A stretch of 64,000 bases of DNA from an uncultured Oscillospiraceae bacterium (GCA_964370205.1 CAYJIK010000001.1:5783-69782), one strand, 5' to 3'. Positions 8,791 to 17,985 are shown, numbered from the stretch's first letter. Notes: a model not told the origin generated them from the sequence alone. Numbers and translations: made by a program.

Positions 8791-9225
8791 ATGACAGTAA
8801 CTTTTCTGGGACTCAATAAAAATTATTACCACGGCAAAGAAGTGGAACAGTGACTGCTTGACACAGTCGAGGAGCTCATTTTAGACGGTGCAGTGACTTT
8901 CTACTTTGGCGATAGCGGCTATTTTGACAATTTAGCTAAGGAAGCAATCTGGGTGCTCAAGAAAAAACACCCTCATATCGAGAGCATTTTAGTTATTGCC
9001 TATTTGGGTAGTCGAATTGATTTCGATAAAATAGATGGCTTTACTTTCCCGGGAGTTGACTATGCGACACCTGAAACCGCTGTGCAGATACGAGACGAAT
9101 GGTTGATGAGAGAAAGTGATACAATAATATCGGGGGTTATTCACGAAAGCGAAGCTACCACGGCATTGCTTAAGTTTGCCGCCGAAATGGGAAAGCGTAT
9201 TATCAACTACCTCGATAGAGGATGA
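8791..9225 (+). pseudogene. SLOG/DUF1273 (YpsA)-like gene interrupted by an in-frame TGA at 8851-8853
   Basis: ATG 8791 has SD AGAGGTGA. It reads MTVTFLGLNKNYYHGKEVEQ-TGA-LLDTVEELILDGAVTFYFGDSGYFDNLAKEAIWVLKKKHPHIESILVIAYL in one frame. The layout (short N-terminal strand, helix, G-x-G-FD, K..hP...l.vi.Y) matches DUF1273-type proteins. The ORF track only reports the part after the stop (8893-9225). Confidence 0.55.
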
Positions 9226-9407
9226 CTGCAGTACATACAAAAAATGTCTACTGTTCACATCAGGATGAATATATCCATAAGAATATAAAAAATCAATAAC
9301 CTTCAAATACTTGAAAAACATAGGTAGTATTACTGACAAGCAAGCAAAAAACACAAACTTTTTGAATGGTTTACGTAATTTTAACAATTGTAATGCCGTT
9401 TCAGCTA

Positions 9408-9436
9408 TTGACATAGCAGTCTGAATTGTGTATAAT
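9408..9436 (+). promoter_or_regulatory. Sigma-A type promoter for rpsU
   Basis: TTGACA (9408-9413), 17 nt spacer, TATAAT (9431-9436), about 58 nt upstream of the rpsU start. Confidence 0.6.
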
Positions 9437-9494
9437 AAGTTTGTAATTCCATATGGAAAATACTCCTGCTTTATGCGTTGGGAGGGAAATATAA

Positions 9495-9671
9495 GTGTCT
9501 GAAATAAGAGTTAAAGACAATGAGTCTTTGGATAGTGCTCTGAGAAGGTTTAAGAGATCCTGCGCAAAGAGCGGTGTGCTTGCAGAAGTGCGTAAGAGAG
9601 AGCATTATGAGAAGCCATCTGTTCGTCGTAAGAAGAAGTCAGAGGCTGCACGTAAGAGAAAATTTAAGTAG
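9495..9671 (+). CDS. rpsU: 30S ribosomal protein S21
   Basis: Not in the ORF track (58 aa). GTG start 7 nt after SD GGAGGG. It translates to [58 protein letters not shown], a typical bS21 sequence. Confidence 0.9.
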   Translation: MSEIRVKDNESLDSALRRFKRSCAKSGVLAEVRKREHYEKPSVRRKKKSEAARKRKFK

Positions 9672-9721
9672 TCGTCAATAGCGATAGCTTATAAGTAACT
9701 TACAAAATATCTTAAAAGCGT

Positions 9722-9750
9722 AAAAAAGCGAGCTTTATGCTCGCTTTTTC
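9722..9750 (+). terminator. Rho-independent terminator after rpsU
   Basis: GCGAGC (9728-9733), loop TTTAT, GCTCGC (9739-9744), then TTTTT. Confidence 0.75.
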
Positions 9751-9801
9751 ATTATGCTATTTTACAGCCGTACAATATTAACATACAAAAGGGAGTAAAA
9801 A

Positions 9802-10296
9802 ATGTTGCTACCACACAAAGTATATAAAAACGTATCCGAGATTTCTCCATCAGTCCTACTTAAAAACGGTATCAAGGGCATAATCGTAGACATCGACAAC
9901 ACCCTCACCACCCACGACAACCCACATCCATACCCATATGTAAAGCAGTGGCTGTTAGACCTCGAAAGTCACGGCATAAAGATAATCGCAGTGTCCAACA
10001 ACACCGCCGAGCGTGTTCACCCATTTGCGGAAATTCTAGGGCTTGACTATATAGCGGACGGTAAAAAGCCACTCTCCACAGGACTGCGACGTGCCGCAAA
10101 CCGTCTGGGACTACCGAAGAGCAAGCTGGCGATAGTGGGCGATCAGATTTTCACCGACATCTTAGGCGGTAGACTTTACGGCATTGTATCGCTATTTGTA
10201 GAGCCTATCCAGCCGGAGAGCACAGCATTCTTCAAATTCAAGCGCACACTGGAAAAGCCGTTACTGGCACTCTACCACACTCTCAACGAGAGATAA
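9802..10296 (+). CDS. yqeG: YqeG-family HAD-IIIA phosphatase
   Basis: Motifs GIIVDIDNTLT, AVSNN and IVGDQIFTDILGG. The ~165 aa size is typical. Confidence 0.8.
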   Translation: MLLPHKVYKNVSEISPSVLLKNGIKGIIVDIDNTLTTHDNPHPYPYVKQWLLDLESHGIKIIAVSNNTAERVHPFAEILGLDYIADGKKPLSTGLRRAANRLGLPKSKLAIVGDQIFTDILGGRLYGIVSLFVEPIQPESTAFFKFKRTLEKPLLALYHTLNER

Positions 10297-11443
10297 TGCT
10301 CCGTAGCGCCTCCACAGCATACTCCACATCTTCGGCAGTATTATTATACCCAAACGAAAACCGCACAGCCCCACTCTCAAAAGTCCCCAAGCTCCTATGG
10401 GCAAGCGGCGCACAGTGTAGCCCCGAGCGTGTCATAACTCCAAACTCGCTGTCAAGGCGAAATGCCACTTCCGAGTTATCCACCGTCTTAAAATTAAGCG
10501 GCAACACTGCACAGCGCCCCATGGTAGACTTAAGCCCCACCACCTCAACAACATCAGCTTTAAACCGCTGCTGTACACGTTCTATCATAAGCCGTGTAAG
10601 TTCCAATTCGTGTGCGAAAATATTCTGTTGACCGACCTCTGTGATATACTTCAGCGAGTGACCCAGCGCTGCAATACCAACGACGTTGAGCGTCCCCGCT
10701 TCCAACCTATCAGGGTAGAGTGGGGGAGCGCTGTCCAGTTCGGAGTAACTGCCTGTCCCGCCCGTGAACACAGGCTCGACCAGTTCCGCCATCCTCTCAC
10801 TCAGTAGTATACCACCCAAACCGGGCAGTGCAAGCAGACCCTTATGTGCAGTAAAGCAGAGCGCATCGACACCGAGTGAGCGCATATCTATAGGTAAAAC
10901 CCCTGCGGACTGTGCGGTGTCAAGCACAAACAGAAGTCCATGAGTTTTACAAATTTCCGCCACCTGTTCTATCGGCATTAGTGTACCGCATACATTTGAT
11001 GCGGTGGTCATAATAACGGCCTTTGTGTTTTTCTTTACAGCACTTTCAATATCACCTGCGCCCACAGTGCCAAGAGGAGAAGCGGACACTACCGTAACCT
11101 CCACCCCTTTTTTTCTCACTTGCGCTATAGGACGAAGTACTGCATTGTGCTCCATAGAAGTTATGATAACATGGTCACCTTTTTTTAATGTCCCGTGTAT
11201 AATCATATTGAGCGAATAAGTGACAGACGGCGTAAAAACCGTGTACTCAGACCCATAACCACAAAAGAAACTGTCAAGCAGTTCACGTGTTTCATACACC
11301 ATACCGCCCACCTTGAGCGAGCTTTGATAATTGCCTCGGGATACGTTAAAAGCGCCGTTTGTGATAATATTTGATACCGCTTCTGCTACTCCGGGGGCTT
11401 TCGGGTGAGCGGTTGATGCGTTGTCAAGATAAATACGTTTCAT
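10283..11443 (-). CDS. Class V aminotransferase / cysteine desulfurase family protein
   Basis: Begins YLDNASTAHP, has the PLP-lysine context FTAHKGLLALPG and the C-terminal RFSFGYNNT. Its 3' end overlaps yqeG by 14 nt (convergent). Confidence 0.85.
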   Translation of the reverse strand: MKRIYLDNASTAHPKAPGVAEAVSNIITNGAFNVSRGNYQSSLKVGGMVYETRELLDSFFCGYGSEYTVFTPSVTYSLNMIIHGTLKKGDHVIITSMEHNAVLRPIAQVRKKGVEVTVVSASPLGTVGAGDIESAVKKNTKAVIMTTASNVCGTLMPIEQVAEICKTHGLLFVLDTAQSAGVLPIDMRSLGVDALCFTAHKGLLALPGLGGILLSERMAELVEPVFTGGTGSYSELDSAPPLYPDRLEAGTLNVVGIAALGHSLKYITEVGQQNIFAHELELTRLMIERVQQRFKADVVEVVGLKSTMGRCAVLPLNFKTVDNSEVAFRLDSEFGVMTRSGLHCAPLAHRSLGTFESGAVRFSFGYNNTAEDVEYAVEALRSIISR

Positions 11444-11661
11444 GTTGTTAGCCTTTCGTGAAAAATAAGCGGTAAATTTACCGAAGTGTCGTCATGTACT
11501 GTTCACATAATATACTAAGAATGTTACTACTGTCAATGTTTACTTTGTGAATGAAGTGTGGTAGACTAAAGCCGTAAAAGTAGATGCGCACTGCTTTTAC
11601 GTATTAAGCTGACCCGAAAGAGTTGGCACAATAAGTTATTATTTATGTAAACTACTTTGTA

Positions 11662-11690
11662 TTGATACGGTATATACTTTGCTGTATAAT
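11662..11690 (+). promoter_or_regulatory. Sigma-A type promoter for lon
   Basis: TTGATA (11662-11667), 17 nt spacer, TATAAT (11685-11690). This predicts a ~180 nt leader that contains repeat copy A. Confidence 0.5.
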
Positions 11691-11758
11691 ATTTTGTAGA
11701 TTGGAAACTCTTAACCCGTGTGCTCTAGCATTGTTATGCATGGAGCGGAAAGGAATTA

Positions 11759-11872
11759 GTTTGAAAATAAGATTTTCAAACTCGCAGTTTTGTGTTCTTT
11801 GGCACAGCCTCAGTTTTTGTAGTATCAAAAAACATATGTGATAAAAACCACACAAAACTTGCAGAAAGGAAT
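11759..11872 (+). repeat. Leader-repeat copy A (hairpin module + ~80 nt core + SD), upstream of lon
   Basis: Hairpin GTTTGAAAAT-AAG-ATTTTCAAAC (11759-11781) is identical to 2469-2491. Core blocks 11791-11817 and 11835-11857 match 56213-56239 (26/27) and 56256-56278 (21/23). It ends CTTGCAGAAAGGAAT, 4 nt before the lon ATG. Confidence 0.85.
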
Positions 11873-11876
11873 TACT

Positions 11877-14291
11877 ATGAATAAGATTGTTACACTACCC
11901 GTAATCACACTGCGAGGACTTGTCTTGTTTCCTAAGATGGTCTTCCACTTTGACATAGGACGTGAGCGCTCGATAGCCGCTCTTGACAAGGCGATGAAGA
12001 CAGAGCGACTCGTCTACTTAGTAGCACAAAAAGAAGCAAGCGACGAAAAACCATCAGAAAACAAGCTGTACAACGTCGGCGTTGTGGGCGAGATAAAGCA
12101 AGTAATAAAACTACCCGGTATGGGGCTCAGAGTTATGGTCGAGGGCTTATACCGTGCTAAAACGGTGGGTATACTTGGAGAAGAGCCATACATTGAAGCG
12201 GAAATTGCAGAATTCCCTCTAAAGTCGCTAAAGCGCACCGACCCGGACGAAATAAGCGCCTTCGTCCGCACCGTCAAAGAGCTGTTTGACGAATACGCTG
12301 ACCTTTCCCCAAAACTCCCCAAGGAGATAATACAGTCGGTGACAAGCGAGGAAGACCCTCTGATGCTCGGCGAGTTTTTAGCCGGGAATCTGTCCATTTC
12401 GCTGAAAGATAAACAGCGTATACTTGCGCAGTCAAATGTGCTGACACGCCTTGAGATACTCGCACACATACTGGAAAACGAAAACAACATACTCGGCTAT
12501 GAGCGTGACCTCTACATGATGGTCAAAGAGCATGTGGACAAAAACCAGCGTGAATACTACCTCCGTGAGCAGATGAAGGTGATACAGCGTGAACTCGGCG
12601 AAGGCGAAGAAAGCGGACTGGGCGAAATAGCGTCCTACGTGTCTAAGATATCAAAGCTGGGTCTGTCCGAAGAACACGAGGATAAGCTTATAAAAGAGGT
12701 GACTCGCCTCAAAAAGCTACCCTCCCAGTCACACGAAGCAGGCGTTATACGTGGCTACCTCGACACCTGCCTGAGCCTACCCTTTAACGTTAAGACAAAA
12801 GAGAAGATAAACATAGAGCAGTCCCGTAAACTGCTTGAAAAAGAGCACTACGGCATGAAGAAGGTCAAAGAGCGCATACTGGAACTGATGGCAGTGAGAA
12901 AGCTTGCCCCCGATATCAAGGGGCAGATAATCTGCCTTGCGGGCCCTCCCGGAGTGGGTAAAACATCTGTAGCACGCAGTATCGCTAAGGCGCTGGGTAG
13001 AAAGTACGTCAGAATGTCACTTGGCGGCGTGCGCGACGAGTCAGACATACGAGGACACCGCAAGACCTACATAGGCGCAATGCCGGGTAGAATTATTACA
13101 GGACTGAAGTCGGCAGGCAGTGCAAACCCACTGTTCTTGCTTGATGAAATTGATAAACTCGGATCTGACCACAGGGGAGACCCCTCATCGGCATTGCTTG
13201 AGGTGTTGGACAGTGAGCAGAACATGGCGTTTGTAGACCACTACATCGAGATACCGTTTGACCTCTCCGATGTGCTGTTTGTTGCTACCGCCAATAACAT
13301 TGACGCAATCCCTGCGCCACTACGTGACCGTATGGAGATAATCCATATGTCAGGATATACACGTGAGGAGAAGTTTCACATTGCAAAGCGTCACCTGCTA
13401 CCAAAGCAGACCGAGCGTCACGGACACACAAAGAAGAGCCTTAAACTTGAGGACAGCGCCCTGTACGGCCTTATTGACCACTACACCAGAGAGTCGGGCG
13501 TGCGTAACCTTGAGCGTTTTATAGCAACCCTTGCAAGAAAAGCCGCACTTAAGGTGGTGGAGCAGGGAGGGGAGAAAGTCACAATCGGCCAGAGCGCCCT
13601 CGTCGACTACCTCGGCTCTAAAAAGTTCCGCACCGAACAGCTTACAACACAGGACGAAGTGGGCGTAGTAAACGGCCTAGCGTGGACCTCTGTCGGCGGT
13701 GAGATGTTAAAGGTTGAGGTGGCAGTGCTTGAAGGCACAGGTAAGCTTGAACTGACAGGCTCACTCGGTAGCGTCATGAAGGAGTCGGCACAGACCGTTA
13801 TCAGCTTTGTACGCAGTATCAGCAAACAGTACGGCATAGAGAGCGATTTCTACAAGACAAAGGATATACACATCCATTTCCCCGAAGGTGCAGTCCCCAA
13901 GGACGGCCCATCGGCAGGTATAGCAATCTGCACGGCAGTGGTGTCCGCACTTACAAATAGGAAAGTAAGCAGAGTTGTCGCCATGACAGGTGAGATAACG
14001 CTTAGAGGCAAGGTGCTTGCTATCGGAGGACTAAAGGAGAAATCAATGGCGGCACACCGAGCAGGCTTGACAACCGTGATTATCCCCAAAGATAACGAAC
14101 CTGACCTGGATGAAGTGGACGAAGCTGTTAAAAACTCGATAAAGTTCGTTACTGTCACCGATGCACATCAAGTGCTTGCACTCACACTGGAAAAAGCGGA
14201 TGAACAGTTATACGACTTTGACGAATGCAAAAGCGTAGGTATAGAAACACCGCCTATGTTTGAACAAAACGTTGTACCTGTTACAGTGTAA
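11877..14291 (+). CDS. lon: ATP-dependent Lon protease (LonA)
   Basis: N-terminal LON domain (LPVITLRGLVLFP), Walker A GPPGVGKTS, and protease serine context PKDGPSAGIA. The ORF-track start at 11838 merely reads through the repeat. Confidence 0.95.
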   Translation: MNKIVTLPVITLRGLVLFPKMVFHFDIGRERSIAALDKAMKTERLVYLVAQKEASDEKPSENKLYNVGVVGEIKQVIKLPGMGLRVMVEGLYRAKTVGILGEEPYIEAEIAEFPLKSLKRTDPDEISAFVRTVKELFDEYADLSPKLPKEIIQSVTSEEDPLMLGEFLAGNLSISLKDKQRILAQSNVLTRLEILAHILENENNILGYERDLYMMVKEHVDKNQREYYLREQMKVIQRELGEGEESGLGEIASYVSKISKLGLSEEHEDKLIKEVTRLKKLPSQSHEAGVIRGYLDTCLSLPFNVKTKEKINIEQSRKLLEKEHYGMKKVKERILELMAVRKLAPDIKGQIICLAGPPGVGKTSVARSIAKALGRKYVRMSLGGVRDESDIRGHRKTYIGAMPGRIITGLKSAGSANPLFLLDEIDKLGSDHRGDPSSALLEVLDSEQNMAFVDHYIEIPFDLSDVLFVATANNIDAIPAPLRDRMEIIHMSGYTREEKFHIAKRHLLPKQTERHGHTKKSLKLEDSALYGLIDHYTRESGVRNLERFIATLARKAALKVVEQGGEKVTIGQSALVDYLGSKKFRTEQLTTQDEVGVVNGLAWTSVGGEMLKVEVAVLEGTGKLELTGSLGSVMKESAQTVISFVRSISKQYGIESDFYKTKDIHIHFPEGAVPKDGPSAGIAICTAVVSALTNRKVSRVVAMTGEITLRGKVLAIGGLKEKSMAAHRAGLTTVIIPKDNEPDLDEVDEAVKNSIKFVTVTDAHQVLALTLEKADEQLYDFDECKSVGIETPPMFEQNVVPVTV

Positions 14292-14300
14292 ACATATATT

Positions 14301-14335
14301 ACGGCAACTCTGTTTTTAGGGGTTGCCGTATTTGC
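14301..14335 (+). terminator. Rho-independent terminator after lon
   Basis: ACGGCAAC ... GTTGCCGT stem followed by a T-rich tract (ATTTGCTATTT). Confidence 0.55.
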
Positions 14336-14425
14336 TATTTGTGTTACAATATAATAGAAGAAATTTAGTACCGTTACAGTGAACGGTATACACATAAACA
14401 AAGTTAACAAAGAAAGGCTGACCGT

Positions 14426-15043
14426 ATGAATACGAATGATATTAAACTGTCCGACGTTAAATTTGAAAGCTCCTTTGGAGTGGCGTCACAGTTGCCGCCC
14501 TCTGATTTGCCCGAAGTTATTTTTGCAGGGCGTTCAAATGTTGGCAAAAGTTCGCTGATAAACAAGTTCTTTAATAGAAAATCGCTTGCTAGAGTTAGCT
14601 CCATGCCGGGCAAGACAATCACCATTAACTTCTTCAGCTGTAGTGAAGTGATGTTTGTGGACCTCCCCGGCTACGGCTATGCGAAGAGAAGCCGCAGTGA
14701 ACAGGAGCGTTTTTCCAAGCTAATTGACGGCTACTTCGCTATGGAGCGTGATATCGCTCTGGTCATACTGCTGCTTGACATGCGCCACCCACCGTCAAAA
14801 GACGACCAGCTGATGATTAACTTTCTACGTCAAGTGGAGTTACCGTTTATAGTTGCGCTCACAAAGGCGGACAAACTTAACAAAACAAACCGTGCGGAGC
14901 GCCTCTCACTAATTCACAAAGAAATACCAAACGGCGAAGATATAGAATATGTCATAACTTCCTCGTCAAACGGCGAAGGGATGGACAATTTGTTAGAAGC
15001 TGTCAAGCGGTACACATACACAGAGCCGATGGAGCAGGACTAA
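14426..15043 (+). CDS. engB: Ribosome biogenesis GTPase EngB/YsxC
   Basis: Motifs GRSNVGKSSLIN (G1), DLPGYG (G3) and TKADK (G4). It lies downstream of lon, as in B. subtilis lonA-ysxC. Confidence 0.9.
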   Translation: MNTNDIKLSDVKFESSFGVASQLPPSDLPEVIFAGRSNVGKSSLINKFFNRKSLARVSSMPGKTITINFFSCSEVMFVDLPGYGYAKRSRSEQERFSKLIDGYFAMERDIALVILLLDMRHPPSKDDQLMINFLRQVELPFIVALTKADKLNKTNRAERLSLIHKEIPNGEDIEYVITSSSNGEGMDNLLEAVKRYTYTEPMEQD

Positions 15044-15083
15044 CCGAAACATAATATTACAATCATACGGGAAGGTATTAACG

Positions 15084-15839
15084 ATGAACACATACGGAAG
15101 CTTTGCGTATCACTACGATCGATTTATTGGGGATATAGACTACAAATGCAGAGCGAACTACTTTGACAAGCTCATTAAAGGACACACAAAAGTGTCCACC
15201 CACTCAAAGCGAAACAAGGGTATCTTGCTTGACCTTGCATGTGGGACAGGTAGCTTGTCGGTAGAGATGGCGAAACTGGGTTATGACGTTGTGGGCGTTG
15301 ATGGCTCGGAGGAAATGCTAGGCGTCGCTATGGGTAAGGAAGGACTTGAAGAGGTGCTCCTGCTTCATCAAAACATGACCGACCTCGACCTTTACGGCAC
15401 TGTAGACGCTGTAGTCTGCGCACTTGACAGCATAAACCACCTTGCTGACATCAAGGAAGTCGGCAAGGTTTTTGAGCGTGTCGCCCTCTTTTTAGAGCAG
15501 GGAGGAGTGTTTATATTCGACGTCAACTCGGCATATAAACACAGGCATGTACTGGCGGATAACACGTTTGTATACGAACAGGACGAAGACATACTTGTCT
15601 GGCGAAACTATACGAACAGAAATCTTATAACAGATATAGAGATAGACATATTCGCAAAGGAAAACGGAAACTACATACGTGTGACTGAACGCTTCACAGA
15701 AAGAGCCTACCCTGTAAAAAACCTGGTAAACCTCCTGAAAAAGTCAGGCTTTGAGGACATAAAAATTTACGCCGCCGACACACAAAAGCCGCCCACAATC
15801 AAATGCGAGCGGCTGGTGTTTTTAGCTGTTAAGGCATAG
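15084..15839 (+). CDS. Class I SAM-dependent methyltransferase
   Basis: SAM-binding motif I is ILLDLACGTGSLS, with an acidic post-I residue (VVGVDGSEEM). Confidence 0.75.
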   Translation: MNTYGSFAYHYDRFIGDIDYKCRANYFDKLIKGHTKVSTHSKRNKGILLDLACGTGSLSVEMAKLGYDVVGVDGSEEMLGVAMGKEGLEEVLLLHQNMTDLDLYGTVDAVVCALDSINHLADIKEVGKVFERVALFLEQGGVFIFDVNSAYKHRHVLADNTFVYEQDEDILVWRNYTNRNLITDIEIDIFAKENGNYIRVTERFTERAYPVKNLVNLLKKSGFEDIKIYAADTQKPPTIKCERLVFLAVKA

Positions 15840-15840
15840 G

Positions 15841-16473
15841 TTAGCCGAGTAGTTTTTTAGATGCATCGTAGATTTCACTGCCATGCGAGACTATTATGTC
15901 GGCTTTTTCTATCTCAAACGGAGTGTAGCTGTAGCCACAACCGACAAACGGTATGTTGTTAAAACGTGCGGCGTCAATATCGTAGACACGGTCGCCCACC
16001 ATGACAGCGGAAGACGGTTTAACCCTGTCAAGCAGGAGCTTTAGCGTGTCATTCTTAGTAAGTCCGGGGAGAAGTTCTTGTTTATGGTCTACCGGTAGCT
16101 TCATAATATCTACCACGAGGTCTATATACTCCATCGGTGCATTTGAGCAGACAGCCACTAAAATACCGTCTTCATGTAGCTTTTCGATAGTCTCACGAAT
16201 CCCGGGAAACGGTGCGGCGAGTTCTGCAATATACTGGGTCTCCCAGTAGAACTCCCTCTTTAAAAAGTACTCAGCTTCCTCCGCTGTCAGGTCGGGCATC
16301 AACTCATAAACGTAGTCGATCCCTCTTTTCCCCAGGCAGCCTACAAGCTGTTCGTCGGTGAACACGCTGTCGTCCCTACCGAGGTCCTTAATAGCACTGC
16401 GCTGTGCAGGCACTGAGTACATATGGGTTTGGCTAATCGTGCCGTCCATATCAAATACAACCATTTGCTTCAT
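15841..16473 (-). CDS. HAD-family hydrolase (phosphoglycolate phosphatase-like)
   Basis: Motifs VVFDMDGT (motif I), CSNA (motif II) and MVGDRVYDIDAA (motif IV). Confidence 0.8.
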   Translation of the reverse strand: MKQMVVFDMDGTISQTHMYSVPAQRSAIKDLGRDDSVFTDEQLVGCLGKRGIDYVYELMPDLTAEEAEYFLKREFYWETQYIAELAAPFPGIRETIEKLHEDGILVAVCSNAPMEYIDLVVDIMKLPVDHKQELLPGLTKNDTLKLLLDRVKPSSAVMVGDRVYDIDAARFNNIPFVGCGYSYTPFEIEKADIIVSHGSEIYDASKKLLG

Positions 16474-16608
16474 TTTCTATTCTCCTTTTAATGTTTGGCA
16501 CTGCCAAATTAATAAACCATATTTTTTCTTTGCTATTCTACAACATTATACTTTATTTTTACGGTTTGGTCTATATAATTTTTGCAATAGAATGTGTAAA
16601 AATAACTG

Positions 16609-16637
16609 TTGGTTTTTTGAGTGGAAAATGATATAAT
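16609..16637 (+). promoter_or_regulatory. Sigma-A type promoter with extended -10
   Basis: TTGGTT, 17 nt spacer, then TGaTATAAT (TG at 16629-16630, TATAAT at 16632-16637), about 100 nt upstream of the 16740 ORF. Confidence 0.45.
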
Positions 16638-16739
16638 TAACTAAAATGCAAAGAGCGTAGAGGTTGCATCAAACCATGGACTTTTTCATAATCGTGGTTA
16701 TTTTTCACAGCTTTAAAACCACAAAAGGATGGTAACCGC

Positions 16740-17216
16740 ATGAAGAAAAAAGTACTGCTCAAAGGGTGTATTGTCGGTGGGTTTGATAGAGAACAGGTGC
16801 TTAGGCATATTGAAAACATGCGTGAGAGCCATAACGATGAGCGTGAGGGATATATACGTAAAATCGAGGAGCTGACGGTAAAACTTTCCGATAGAGAGCA
16901 TTTGCTGGATTTGATGGAGGAAAGAGGAAACGTCGCAAAAGATGACCTCCACCGTGAGCAGCTTCGCTGTAATGAGCTTTCCGAGATGGTGGACAACCTC
17001 ACATCAGAAGTGCGAAACGTCAGGCTTGAAAACTTTGAAAAGCAAAGGGAACAGGAAAACGTCGCTCGACTGGTCAAAGACAACCTAAGCTTGTCTCTAC
17101 AGCTTTCCGAAGCACGCTCCGAGCTTAGCGACACTCATATTATACTGGGTAAAGTGATGAACATACTGGCAGGACGGATAACCGAAATAGATGAAACACT
17201 GATAATTGACAGCTAG
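16740..17216 (+). CDS. Coiled-coil protein with a DivIVA-like N-terminal motif
   Basis: SD AAAGGATGG lies upstream. The N-terminal GGFDREQVLRHIENM resembles the G(Y/F)D.(E)EV..(F/Y)(L/I) motif of DivIVA-domain proteins. The rest is heptad-rich. The antisense ORF 16637-17134 has a compositional-artefact look. Confidence 0.5.
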   Translation: MKKKVLLKGCIVGGFDREQVLRHIENMRESHNDEREGYIRKIEELTVKLSDREHLLDLMEERGNVAKDDLHREQLRCNELSEMVDNLTSEVRNVRLENFEKQREQENVARLVKDNLSLSLQLSEARSELSDTHIILGKVMNILAGRITEIDETLIIDS

Positions 17217-17283
17217 AATGTATCATTTTCATACTGTTTCGTGTACAAATGAGTTATGAGTATAAATGAAAGGCGAGTGAACG

Positions 17284-17985
17284 ATGCCACTTTTTTCAAA
17301 ACGCTCTGATAGTAAAGTAGCTGTCACCGCTGTTATAGTGGCGGCAGGGAGTTCTGTCCGAATGGGCGAGAATAAAATGTTTATCCCTCTGCTTGATAGG
17401 ACAGTTATAGAACACACGGTGGACACGTTTGTGTACTGCCGTGATGTAACAGATATAGTGCTAGTAACATCGGAGGAGAGCATACCGCAGATGTACGAGC
17501 TGTTTGGCGAGTGTGACAAGCTTCGCTGTATTGTACGTGGAGGTGTTACACGTACTGCGTCGGTGTCACACGGTGTAAATGCAATCACGTGGAAGTGCGA
17601 TTATATTGCTATCCACGACGGCGCACGTCCGCTGGTCACTGATACGCTTATTTCAAACGTTATCCATGACGCAAAGCTTCACGGTGCCGCAACCGCCGCT
17701 GTTGCCAGCGTGGACACTGTTAAGATAGCGAAGGACGGTTTTGTGCAGTCCACACCACTGCGTAGTACTGTCTACTCGGTGCAAACTCCGCAGGTGTTTC
17801 GCTACGGCGACTTTTTGCGAGCGTTAGGGGACAGCAAAGGCGAGTATACAGACGACTGCCAACTCATGGAAGAGCAGGGCTACCCCGTCTACCTTTCGCA
17901 GGGGGACTCTCACAATATAAAGGTAACCACCCCCGGGGACATAGCACTGGCGGAATTTTATTTAGAGGAATATGAGTATGTTTAG
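17284..17985 (+). CDS. ispD: 2-C-methyl-D-erythritol 4-phosphate cytidylyltransferase
   Basis: Motifs [13 protein letters not shown] and HDGARPLV. It is followed by and overlaps ispF. Confidence 0.9.
   Translation: MPLFSKRSDSKVAVTAVIVAAGSSVRMGENKMFIPLLDRTVIEHTVDTFVYCRDVTDIVLVTSEESIPQMYELFGECDKLRCIVRGGVTRTASVSHGVNAITWKCDYIAIHDGARPLVTDTLISNVIHDAKLHGAATAAVASVDTVKIAKDGFVQSTPLRSTVYSVQTPQVFRYGDFLRALGDSKGEYTDDCQLMEEQGYPVYLSQGDSHNIKVTTPGDIALAEFYLEEYEYV

Noticed and set aside
8851-8853. TGA recoding (Trp/Sec/Gly) as an explanation for the in-frame stop in the SLOG-like gene.
   Set aside because: TGA terminates several well-defined genes in this window (yhbY, cdaA, lspA). There is no SECIS-like hairpin immediately downstream. 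A nonsense mutation or a sequencing error is more parsimonious.
8989-9414. A 141 aa minus-strand ORF overlapping the SLOG-like gene and running into the rpsU promoter.
   Set aside because: It overlaps the better-supported plus-strand frame for 237 nt. Its 5' end coincides with a near-consensus TTGACA-17-TATAAT promoter for rpsU, and it has no recognisable family features.
11761-11841. Small upstream ORFs within the leader repeats. One is TTG 11761-TGA 11841 (26 codons, MKIRFSNSQFCVLWHSLSFCSIKKHM). The other is ATG 56164-TGA 56262 (32 codons, MMLAESKVCNRGCNHGLCSSAQPQFYNTRSFM).
   Set aside because: The nucleotide-conserved blocks fall in different reading frames in the two copies, so conservation is at the DNA/RNA level rather than the peptide level. 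SD spacing for the B copy is poor. The shared ATGTGA remains a curiosity.
11838-11876. N-terminal extensions in the ORF track for lon (from 11838), spoIIM (from 56259) and rdgB (from 2450), which share ...LQKG/FQKG... peptides.
   Set aside because: The shared peptides are simply the repeat's CAGAAAGGAAT SD region read in frame. Family N-termini and SD spacing support the internal ATGs (11877, 56316 and 2516).
16496-16510. A sigma-54 -24/-12 look-alike (TGGCAC...) within the 16494-16508 palindrome.
   Set aside because: The required TTGC(A/T) element at the correct 4-5 nt spacing is absent on either strand.
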